Source: Octopus sinensis
Taxonomy: Eukaryota
Direction: 5' to 3'
NCBI RefSeq assembly: GCF_006345805.1
Contig: NW_021835616.1
Location: 1-28,589 of the forward strand
DNA: 28,589 nucleotides
This document shows positions 1-9,711 of this stretch, piece by piece. The first letter of the stretch is position 1, and each line of letters begins with the position of its first letter. The notes beneath the pieces were generated by a model, which was given only the letters and a program-made list of their open reading frames with translations, was not told where the DNA came from and ran no database searches. A program made the translations under genes and the position numbers.

Positions 1-57
1 TATATATATATATATATATAATATATATATATATATAATTATATTTGATATATACAT
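1..57. repeat. (TA)n microsatellite, imperfect
   Basis: Direct reading: TA dinucleotide run with a few interruptions. Confidence 0.9.
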
Positions 58-102
58 ATCAATAAATGGTGGGGTTGTGTTGACCGCACGTGGAGAAATG
101 AT

Positions 103-338
103 GGCGAGGAAAAATTATAAAAAGCAAATGCTAAATTGAAGGTAATTTTAATAAAAATGGGTGTATGGAAAATTTTTGAAAGATACTAGAAAAATATTAA
201 CTCTAACCGGTTTTCGGTTAGATGAAAACCGGTTAGAGTTAATATTTTTCTATTATTTTTTTTAAATTTCCATACACCCATTTTTATTAAAATTTACCTT
301 CAATTTAGCATTCTGCTTTTTTATAATTTTTCCTCGCC
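103..338. repeat. Long inverted repeat (fold-back palindrome), arms ~113/115 bp, 8-nt loop
   Basis: 103-215 (GGCGAGGAAAAATTATAA...CTCTAACCGGTTTTC) is the reverse complement of 224-338 apart from a few indels and one diverged patch; inner 29 bp (187-215/224-252) are perfect; loop GGTTAGAT 216-223. Confidence 0.95.
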
Positions 339-339
339 G

Positions 340-396
<57 letters not shown>

Positions 397-421
397 GTGG
401 TGTGTGTTAGTATTGTATTTT

Positions 422-635
422 GGGGAGGGTCATATTGCCTTAATGCCTTATTATCTAACACACTCACCGGTTCGACTTCCATTCATTTATTATTTACATT
501 TTTCCTTCCAAAATTTTCTTGCAACCTTAAAAGCAACGAAAATTTTGCAAGAAGAAAATATGAATAATAAATGAAAGGAATTCGAACAGGTGAGTGTGAT
601 AGGTCATAAGGTATTAACACAATATGATTCTCCCC
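422..635. repeat. Second, more diverged long inverted repeat, arms ~101/103 bp, 10-nt loop
   Basis: GGGGAG.GTCATATTG..TTAAT.CCTTAT...ACACTCACC.GTTCGA.TTCC.TTCATTTATTATT (422 onward) pairs with 533-635 (ends ...AATATGATTCTCCCC); loop AACCTTAAAA 523-532. Confidence 0.9.
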
Positions 636-711
636 AGAGACAACAAAATTTGCTTCAACACGAATTCGCATAAAAATTCTTGCAAACCAGATACAAGAAC
701 GAAATACATCT

Positions 712-1000
712 ATGTATGTGTGTGTGTGTGTGTGTTACGCATGCATTTCTACAGTTTTCAACCTATTTTCCCCAAACTTTAGACACACATTATTTACGTG
801 CCAAGGATGGTCATGCTCTATAACATTTTGCCCAGAGCTCCCCGCGCAAAGCGAGAAACTGAGGAAAACTGTGTTTTACACGTGTCTTTCTCCCAAAACT
901 TCTGCTGTTTTCAACCGATTCTCTACCTTTTCTCTCTCCGTTTATTTCTCTCTCTCTTTTTTTTTTCATTCTCTGTTACTCCTTCTTAAACATGTTCTCT
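712..1000 (+). mobile_element. Possible Helitron/Helentron-derived non-autonomous (HINE/DINE-1-like) fragment
   Basis: TG microsatellite followed by TTTTCAACCTATTTTCCCCAAACTTT (755-780) and a second TTTTCAACCGATT copy near 908; resembles the 'AACCGATTTT..CAAACTT' core of such elements (recalled, not searched). Confidence 0.35.
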
Positions 1001-1337
1001 CTTACCCTCTGTAATAGTTCCTCTCTTTTAGTCTGTCTGTTTCTTTTAGTCTGTTTCTTTCACTCTCTCTCCCTTTTCCCCTCTCTCTCTCTCCCTCTCT
1101 CTCTCTGTTTCTTTAACTCACTCACATACTTACTAACTTCTGTCTACAAATTGATTTCAATTAGTGTATTTCAATTAGTCTTACATAAACAATCTCTGTT
1201 GTTACGGTTTTTATACATTCTCTCTGAAGAATAATTTAGTGATTTTTAATTTTGTTCACCCAGTGTGTTTAAATTCAGTTTTGCCACATCTGCCTAAAAA
1301 TTGACTTCAATTTTGTCGTGCATATCTTTTACAACAT

Positions 1338-1770
1338 ACTCTTTACTCTTCTTACTCTTTTACTCTCTTTTACTTGTTTCAGTCATTTGACTGCGGCCAT
1401 GCTGGAGCACCGCCTTTAATCGAGCAACTCGACCCGGGACTATTCTTTGTAAGCCCAGTACTTATTCTATCGTCTCTTTGCCGAACCGCTAAGTGACGGG
1501 GACGTAACACCCAGCATTGGTTGTCAAAGCCATGCTAGGGGGACAAACACACACACACACACACACACAACACACACACACACACATACACATATATATA
1601 CATATATATGACAGGCTTCTTTCAATTTCCGTCTACCAAATCCACTCACAAGGCATTGGTCGGCCCGGGGCTATAGCAGAAGACACTTATCCAAGATGCC
1701 ACGCAGTGGGACTGAACCCGGAACCATTGGTTGGTTAGCAAGCTACTTACCACACAGCCACTCCTGCGCC
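1338..1770 (-). mobile_element. tRNA-derived CORE-type SINE, family A (OR2-like), full length
   Basis: Minus strand reads GGCGCAGGAGTGGCTGTGTGGT (A box) ... GGTTCAGTCCC (B box) ... CTTGGATAAGTGTCTTC (CORE-like), internal TA/TG microsatellite, 3' tail AGTAAAAGAG repeats; many other copies in window. Confidence 0.9.
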
Positions 1771-2253
1771 TATATATGCGCCTAACATCATATTACTTAT
1801 TTAAATTTTTTACATTCTATCCAATTAAATACACTATTTACATTTCTCCCTCTATTGAAAAACGCTGTGCGTGCGGTCTTGCATGCGTACGTATGACTGC
1901 TATGCCAGACACAGCCGATAAGCTTCTGTTACTAACCAATGAGATTTCAACCACGCCACTGAGCGGTCATGCGTTAGAAAAAGCGGTTTCAAAAGCGGTT
2001 CAAGTTTTTTCACTCAAGCTATTTTCTTCTAGAGCTTTATACGCTCAAACGGGGTTTGTAAGTTCTGTCTACAAATTGACCTCCTTGTTTACGTAAATAT
2101 AATTCATTGTCTGTCGGTTCCGTGCGCATTCTCAATCAGCTCGACCAAATCAAGTCGAATTCTATAAGGTAATAGCATCAAACCCCGTGGGTGTCGACAT
2201 GTAATAGAATTTAAAAGAAGAGGTTGCTGGAAAGCATCACTACATCTTTGTAT

Positions 2254-2462
2254 TTACGGGGACGTAAACACACCAGCATCGGTTGTCAAGCGATGTTTAG
2301 GGGGACAGATACACAAACAAACACGCACACACACACATGTATATATATTAATCAGCCGAAATTGCGAAGATGATCCGGTTCTTGACTGAAGATTGAAGGC
2401 TTTTTTGTGTCGTCTTCTAAATGTTTCACGTTCTTGTCCATGTTTGTATATTTTTTTACTTT

Positions 2463-2502
<40 letters not shown>

Positions 2503-2675
2503 TATAATATACATATATACGACGGGTTTCTTTCAGTTTCCGTCTATACCAATCCACTCACAAGCTTTGATCGGCCCGAGGCTATAGCACTTGCCCAAAT
2601 TGCCACGCAGTGAGACTGAACCCGGAACCATGTGGTTGGTAAGCAAGCTACTTACCACATAGCTACTCCTACGCC
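2254..2675 (-). mobile_element. SINE family A, 3'-truncated, internal microsatellite carrying an unrelated ~110-bp insert (2350-2460)
   Basis: Head 2521-2675 and body 2254-2320 align to the other family A copies. Confidence 0.85.
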
Positions 2676-2836
2676 TATATATATATATATATATATATAT
2701 TATGTGTGTTGTGTGTGTGTGTATATATATATATATAATATGCTACTTACCACATAGCCACTCCTACGTCTAATATATATATGTATATATAATATATATA
2801 TATATATATATTGATTGATGATTGATTCTAGTTTCA

Positions 2837-2880
2837 GATAGATAGATAGATAGATAGATGGATAGATGGATAGATAGATG

Positions 2881-2966
<86 letters not shown>
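2837..2966. repeat. (GATA)n microsatellite
   Basis: Direct reading; a few GATG variants. Confidence 0.95.
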
Positions 2967-2967
<1 letters not shown>

Positions 2968-3504
2968 GTGTGTGTGTGTTCGCGCACACACACACGTATC
3001 GATATAGATATATGTAGATGTGCATGCGTGTGTATGTGTGTGTATTACATAGTAATGAAACCTCACATATTTATTTATGAAGACTGACGACGTTTTAGTA
3101 AAATATGAAGAAACGGTTTGCACCGAAACCGCTGGAATCCAGAGACAACCGAGAGACGTCCTTCTTGGTTTTTCCTCAAAAAGCTTGGAATATATTCCAG
3201 ACGGACAAGGTATAAACTTCGGAATGAATTTAACTCATTCCTAAGCAACATTACAAAATTGTGCAGTCGATTTGAATTCACGACTCAAAACGCAATACCT
3301 TAGTCATCCGACCGTTTCAATTCTACTGAAGCAGTTACAGAACTATGATGACCAATGACCAGCGTAATATTAGCTTCTGAGGTGTGAAATAGCGATAAAT
3401 TCTTCATCTGATACCGGCTTTCTTGCTCTGAAATTAAGAGAATATTTTGGATTCTTAACTGCGAAAATATAATAGTTATGTCAGAACGGGACGGTAATTT
3501 TGGG

Positions 3505-3638
3505 TCTGTGTGTGTGGCAGTGTGCGTATGGGAGTGTTTATATGTACGTGTATCTGTATGGTGAGTGTCTGCAATGTGTGTCTGTATGTGTGTGTGTGTG
3601 AGTTTGCGTGTGCATGCACGCGTGCGTGTACGTGTGTA

Positions 3639-3676
<38 letters not shown>

Positions 3677-4403
3677 TGTTTATATGTGTGTGTATGTGTA
3701 TGGTGAGTGTCTGCAATGTGATTTTGTATATGTGTGTGTGTGTTGTGTGAGTGTATCGTGATTTTGTGCGATGTGTCTTTGTACATGTGTGTGTGTGTGT
3801 ATGGTGTGTGATGTGTGATGTGTCTTTGTGTGTGTGTATGTATGTATGGTGTGTGGTGTGTGTGTGTTTTGCATGTATGCAGCATGTATTTTGTACGTGT
3901 GTGCATATGAGTGTGATTATGTGTTTGTGGGGGTGTGAGTGGGAGTAAGTGGAGGAGGAAATGGGAGGGGTGGGTGGAGTGGAGTGATTGGGGGTACAGT
4001 GAATGTGGGCGTGGTGAATGTGTGTGTGTATGTGTGATTGAACGTGAGTATGTATGTGTATAAGCGTATTTGTGCGTGAATGCTTGTGTGTGCGTGTGTG
4101 AGTGTATGTGAGTGCGTGCGTGTGTGAGTATATGTGAGTGTATGTGTATGTGTATTTGTGCTTGTGTGTGTGTGCGTGTGTGAGTGTATGTGAGTGCGTG
4201 CGTGTGTGAGTATATGTGAGTGTATGTGTATGTGTATTTATGCTTGTGTGTGTGTGTGTGTGCGTGTGTATGTGTATTTATGCTTGTGTGTGTGTGTGTG
4301 TGAGTGTATGTGAGTGTATGTGTATGTGTATTTATGCTTGTGTGTGTGTGTGTATGTGAGTGTATGTGTATTTATGCTTGTGTGTGTGTGTGTGTATTTA
4401 TGC

Positions 4404-4460
<57 letters not shown>
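3505..4460. repeat. Compound TG-rich low-complexity tract with higher-order ~80-bp internal duplications (4081-4240)
   Basis: TG/TGTA/TGAG runs; TGCTTGTGTGTG...TATGTGTATTT block repeats. Confidence 0.9.
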
Positions 4461-4462
<2 letters not shown>

Positions 4463-4551
4463 TGTGGGGGCGAGTGTGTGTGGTGATCTGTAACGTAACA
4501 ACGCTTCGAACGTATTCTAGTCAACCGTTGCTTAAACAGAATCTTTTATAC

Positions 4552-4630
4552 CTGGCCGGTTGGCCGGTTGGCTGGCTGGCTGGTTGGCCGGCTGGCTTGC
4601 TGGCTTGCTGGCAGGTTTGCTGGCTGGCTG
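4552..4630. repeat. Degenerate (GCTG)n tetranucleotide repeat
   Basis: GGCT/GGTT/GGCC/TGCT units read directly. Confidence 0.85.
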
Positions 4631-5305
4631 TCTCCGTTGCTACCCCATCACATAAATACACAGGAAACATGTCCGTTGTAAAGTAGTATAAGAACTTCGT
4701 GCGATACCATCAAATTATTGCCTCAACTCATGCGTGCTATATCCTATAATTTTGGTAATTTAATTCAATGAATTCAACATAAATGTCATGTTTAAACATT
4801 ACTGACACTCAAATACACATAGATAAGCAGGCGGATGTATCTATTCATGGATGCATTAATATATTCATAAAATTTAGAAGTCCATACGTCACAAATAGAT
4901 TACAAATAATTTAGATACATTGACATACATAATTCATACATACCATACATAATTCATTAATATATAAACGCTTCCCTATATCTATACAGACACGTTATTA
5001 CGACTCTAGTCTTCGCGAGAATTAATACGTTTGCGTGATTGTTCTGTGAGTGGTGCAAGAACTGCATCGACGTGTCTTTGAAGTGTTAATATCCTTATTA
5101 GATACATTACTTTGTTTTCATTAGACACTTGGCAAATGTTTTAAAGAAGGTTGTAGTTAATTGAATCACCCTCTTTTACCCCTGGTGTATTACCGGGAGT
5201 TGATCTGCTTGTCACTGAAGTACTAACGAAAGCAGCAGACATCTTTGTCGGATTTGGATTGAGAAAATAATGAAGGACCAGACGAGATTCGCCCAAAATA
5301 TTCTA

Positions 5306-5863
5306 TTGGATTGACCGGAAAGTTCGTGCCAATTTATAATAGCTTACCTTTCGACTTACTTTAGAACACGGTTGAGTCCATAAAATAGTATTTGACTACT
5401 CCTCCATTTGGAGCACAGTTTAAGCTATCTTTTCGTGGAAGAAGGTTTATGATCTGTGTCAATTCTGTAACCCTTTGAAATGGAAGATAAGAAAGTTCAT
5501 GTTCAGCACTTGATGCTTTGGGAACCAGACAAAAATTGCAGCAGCTCGGCTGGGATGTGTTACCCCACCCTTCATATTCACCAGATATTGCTCCTTCGGA
5601 TTTCCACTTATTCAGGTCTCTGCAGAATAGTCTTAATGATAAAAATTTCAATTCCTTGGATGACATCAAAAGATACCTTGATGAATTCTTTGCCATGAAA
5701 CCACCTCAATTCTGAGAAGAGGGTATTTTCAAGTTAAAGGAAAGATGGAGACGCATTGTGCAACAAAATAGTTCATATTTAGTTGATTAAAAATGTAATG
5801 GCAAGTATTTATTGACCTTTTTCTTTCCTTTAAAAATCGGCACAAACTATCCGGACAAGCCAA
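5306..5863 (+). mobile_element. Internally deleted mariner (mellifera-like), 558 bp, both TIRs and TA target duplication
   Basis: TIR TTGGATTGACCGGAAAGTTCGTGCCAATTT vs reverse complement of right end TTGGCTTGTCCGGATAGTTTGTGCCGATTT; TA at 5304-5305 and 5864-5865; ATG 5480 gives N-terminal MEDKKVHVQHLMLWE, then another frame gives TRQKLQQLGWDVLPHPSYSPDIAPSDFHLFRSLQ...WRRIVQQNSSYLVD* (stop 5788-5790) with the mariner YSPDxAPSD motif; premature TGA at 5713-5715. Confidence 0.95.
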
Positions 5864-6414
5864 TATTTTGACGACCCATAATTTTAGTGTTTAGGCGTGA
5901 GCGAACTTAAGGTTAGTTAGCATATGTTTGCGACATATTTCAATTTCTAAGATAGAATTATTTTCTCCACGGTCACTACAGTGAATTTGCCTTTAGAATT
6001 TGACATATATATCACGAACATATCTTAATCAAAAATTATGTATATGAGCGGTTCTCTCAACTAAGAAACTGAATAACGAATAGCTTTTCTGGAGAAAATT
6101 AAATGCGCATTACAAGCTGAAATTTGACCAACGAACAACGTCTTGACTTACACATGCGTATAACTTAGAAGGAGTCCATTCGATCAACGAACTGAAATTT
6201 GAACAAGAAACCGCTCGTACACTACGCATGCGTATAAATGAGTAGGAGGACGTGTACAATCGGTTCGTTAACGTCCATGTACGCACTTCATGTAGGTTTC
6301 ATATTTTCATATTTTATATAGAAAAAAATATTTCTCACAAGTTTTGTTAAAGACACACTCTTGGATTAACAAAAGAATGACGGAGGGGAAAACGCACACA
6401 TACATACACACACA

Positions 6415-6456
<42 letters not shown>

Positions 6457-6475
6457 AATACGTAAGGGGAGACAA

Positions 6476-6521
<46 letters not shown>

Positions 6522-6529
6522 GTTGTTGT

Positions 6530-6843
6530 GGAGGCGCAATGGCCTAGTGGTTAGGGCAGCGGACGCGCGGTCGCAGGATCGCGGTTTCGATTCCCAGACC
6601 GGCGTTGTGTGTGTTTATTGAGCGAAAACACCTAAAGCTCCACGATGCTCCGGCAGGGGGGGGTGGTGACCCTGCTCCTTACTCTACTCTTTCACCACTC
6701 TTTCTCTCCCTCTTTCTTCTTCTGTTGGACTGCTCGCTTAGCCAAGCGGGGTGGCGTCATTCGAAGGCTAAAACAATGCGAACGCATTGTGACCAGCGAT
6801 GTGTAACAACATCTGATGGTCTGGTCGGTCACGTGATCACGTG
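6530..6843 (+). mobile_element. tRNA-derived SINE, family C, flanked by (ATT)n on both sides
   Basis: GGAGGCGCAATGGCCTAGTGGTTAGGGC (A box) ... GGTTTCGATTCCC (B box); unique 3' body ending GTCACGTGATCACGTG then (ATT)n 6843-6881; (ATT)n 6474-6521 upstream. Confidence 0.8.
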
Positions 6844-6874
<31 letters not shown>

Positions 6875-6921
6875 TATTATTAAGATCAACTAACCGGTCT
6901 GTTTCGGAGAACTTTCGGGCC

Positions 6922-7090
6922 CCTGTTGTACTTTTTCGCCCCCAACTTTCTCTCACTCTCTCTTCCTGTTTCTTGAGTAACGCTGCGATGGACTGGCATC
7001 CCATCAAGCTGGGGGGAACACATACGCCACAGAAACCGGGAAACCGGGCCCATGAACCTGGCTAGGCTTGAAAACGGGCGCATAAATAAA
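6922..7090 (+). mobile_element. 3' half of a SINE with V-domain-like segment
   Basis: GCTGCGATGGACTGGCATCCCATC...CAGAAACCGGG resembles the V-SINE central domain (recalled); ends in ATAAATAAATAAT tail. Confidence 0.55.
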
Positions 7091-7582
7091 TAATAATATA
7101 ATATGATGAGGGTGTTGACATATTTTTAATTGAGGAGAGTAAAAACTTTTTTTGCTATTAAAAAAAATTTACACATTTTATAGTTCATTTCTATTCCTTT
7201 CTCGTTTTGTATTTGCCTTTTCATGACATGCCTTTCTATATATTTTGTATTTTTATGTGTATATATATTTCTTTACCTTTTGTGCTTTTATATATATATA
7301 TATATTCTTTTTATATGTTGAAGGCCACGGTAATGTTTATATATGATCGAATGTATTATGGAAGCGTGGTGTTATATAAGGTCGTTGACTCACTCGAACT
7401 TCAGGTTCGTTCTCTGATCAATGTCTTTTTTTTTTTTGGTCTCTGTCTCAATTTCATTTGAGCACTTCTTTTTTGCAGTCCTATCAACACCTTTTGTCTT
7501 CGTAAAAAGAGGCAAAAATGATTCTTGTCGTATATATATATATATATCTTATATAATATATATTATATAATAATATATATAT

Positions 7583-7790
7583 AGTAATCCAAACATGAAA
7601 ACACAAAGAGAAAACACACAACGCGAGGACGTGGAACAAGTATAGTATTATTGGACGCTCAGGAAAGAAGGAAAGAAGGAGAGTTTAACGTTTCGAGCGG
7701 AGCTCTTCGTCAGAAACATAGGAAAAGGAAAGATCCAAAGAGGGGAAGACTGAGGGGAAAAAATCGCCAACGGTACACACGCGGTCACAC
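7583..7790 (-). mobile_element. Short hammerhead-bearing PLE-derived / retrozyme-like element in (TA)n
   Basis: 7643-7787 recurs with high similarity at 20066-20210; related to 17345-17520; TA runs on both flanks. Confidence 0.7.
7683..7717 (-). ncRNA. Minimal type I hammerhead ribozyme motif
   Basis: Minus strand GTTT CTGACGA A GAGC-TCC-GCTC GAAA CGTT AAAC: stem I GUUU/AAAC, core CUGANGA and GAAA, stem II GAGC/GCUC, palindromic AACGUU in place of stem III, GUU cleavage triplet. Confidence 0.75.
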
Positions 7791-7857
7791 ATATATATAT
7801 ATACGCGGATAATAAAGCCTTCTTTTTTCTGTCGAGGGCTTATTTGCCCCTTTATAT

Positions 7858-8140
7858 AATCGATTTGTCCCTTACCCCACGAAATCGCTGGTCGTATGCC
7901 AAAATTTGGAACCAATTTTGTAAGGCGGAGAATGAGACAAGCTGTCAGAATCATTAACACGCAGGGAAAGTGCTAAGCAGCATTTCGTCCGTCTTTACGT
8001 TCTGAGTTTAAATTCCGCCGAGGCCGACTTAGCTGTTGTCCTCTCATGATTGATAAAATAAGTATCAGTTTAGCACTGGGGTAAATGTAATCGACATACT
8101 TCTTCCCCTGAATTGCTGGCCTTGTGCCAAAATTCCAAAC

Positions 8141-8197
<57 letters not shown>

Positions 8198-8770
8198 CAT
8201 CATCATCATTATTACTGCATTAGGTTGCGAGCTGGCAGAATGGTTTGCACGCCGGGCAAAATACTTAGCGGCATTTCGCCTTTCGCTACATTCTGAGTTC
8301 AAATTCCACCGAGGTTGACTTTACCTTTCATCCTTTCGGAGTCGATAAATTAAGTACCAGTGAAACACTGGGGTCGATGTAATCGACTGCCCCACCACCA
8401 CCCAAAAAAAAAATTGCAGGCCTTGTGCCTTTAGTAGAAAGAATTATTATTATTTAGTTGGCGAACTGGCAGAACCGTTAGCACCCCATGCAAAATGTTA
8501 AGCGGCATTTCGTCTGTCTTTACGTTCTGAGTTCAAATTCCGCCGAGGTTGACCTTGCCTTCTATCCTTTCGGGATCGATAAAATAATGACCAGTTGAAT
8601 TCTGGAGTCGATGTCATCGACCGACTTACCCCTGCCCCGAATTTCCTGGCCTTGTGCAAAAATTTGAAACCAATATTAAAGAATAGTGGGTTGGCAGAAC
8701 CGGTAAGGAACCGAGCAAAATGCCTTTCTGGTATTTGGTTCGAATCCCTTTACATTCTGAGTTTAAGTCG
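7858..8770 (+). mobile_element. Head-to-tail cluster of family B SINEs (GGCGAGCTGGCAGAA head, Meta-domain-like body, (ATT)n tail)
   Basis: Tail fragment 7858-7915, copies at ~7936-8142 [(ATT)n to ~8212], 8222-8455, 8458-8680 and a head fragment 8688-8770; shared GAGTTCAAATTCCGCCGAGG (B box) and CCTTTCATCCTTTCGG..TCGATAAA.TAAGTACCAG. Confidence 0.9.
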
Positions 8771-9109
8771 CACAGGTGTCACGTTGCTTAGTCATCTTTC
8801 CGGAATCAATATTATGCACACATGTCAAGACTTGGAATCGATTTCATAGATAACTTTCAACACCAGTGCAGACAGCTGACCTTGAGCCAATATTTAGTAA
8901 TCAATGAAAGAGTGGAAGATTTGCTGAAGCAGTAGAAAAGTGCAAGCAATGTCTCGAAGTCCTTTGCTTGCTCAAATTTATGTTCCGTGTTCAAATCTCG
9001 GCGTGGCTCACCACTTTTTTTTTTTTTTCATTTTTCTGAGGTAGATGAAATAAATTGGTGTTAAATATTGTTTTCCATTCCCTGATGGTCCTGTACCAAG
9101 ATAATAACT

Positions 9110-9228
9110 CAACTGCCCGGCGGGCTGACGATTCTGCCAATTTACCGCTCCGACCCCCCACGAACGTACAGGCCTTTAAGTCGATTACATCGATCCTCGT
9201 GCTCACCTGGTACTTATTTTATCGACCT
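9110..9228 (-). mobile_element. Family B SINE fragments (body 9175-9228, head ~9110-9150)
   Basis: Minus strand GAGGTCGATAAAATAAGTACCAGGTGAGCACGAGGATCGATGTAATCGAC and AAATTGGCAGAATCGTCAGCCCGCCGGGCA. Confidence 0.75.
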
Positions 9229-9710
9229 CTCCACACTTCCTTCTACACCCTCAACTTCCTTTTCAAGCGAAACTTGATAATGTTGGTGAGGGCTTGGCCA
9301 AAGAGGAAAGCATCTGTTTTTAGCCCTTTCGAACGGGTCCACCATACTACCTCTTTCGCTACAGCCACTAGACAAATAAAAATTGCCTGCTCCTCTCGGC
9401 CAAAAGAGGGCGGGGGGGCGCAATCTTCACTCTGGATTCAGCCGATAGCTGGATCCGTCCTACACGCGACAGAAGGTGTTGGACATAAACCCACAGGTCA
9501 GCAATACTCTGGCACTGGATTAGGGCGTGCAGAACGGCTTCATCGTTCCGGGCGCACCTCGGGCAGGTCCGGCTGACGGCACTTCCGTGCCTGTAAAGTT
9601 TATCTCGAACAGGCGGCACTCCGCGGTAGCACTTCCAGGCAAGGGTTTCTAGAAGTTATCCAAAGGCCCAGGCCCGAAAGTTCTCCGAAACAGACTGGTT
9701 AGTTTATCTT
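9229..9710 (-). mobile_element. Tx1/L1-type non-LTR retrotransposon ORF2 C-terminal fragment (zinc-knuckle region), frameshifted
   Basis: Minus-strand frames give EDKLTSLFRRTFGPGPLDNF*, AWKCYRGVPPVRDKLYRHGSAVSRTCPRCARNDEAVLHALIQC (CxxC...H...C) and FICLVAVAKEVVWWTRSKGL...RKLRV*, the zf-RVT and AKxxIWxxR pattern of L1/Tx1 ORF2. Confidence 0.85.
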
Positions 9711-9711
9711 C

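Noticed and set aside
3080-3122. CTGACGA...GAAAC hammerhead-like string
   Set aside because: Five unpaired bases before GAAA and no stem I pairing.
3299-3427. Possible minus-strand 129-bp exon (TTTCAG acceptor, AG|GTATTG donor)
   Set aside because: All three frames contain a stop within the segment; no recognisable homology.
5200-5240. CTGCTT...CTGAAGT...GAAAGCAG type III hammerhead-like string
   Set aside because: A9 missing, no stem I or stem II.
6530-6605. tRNA genes at SINE heads (also 13205, 26280, 27917)
   Set aside because: A and B boxes are present but no complete cloverleaf was seen and each continues into a SINE body and tail.
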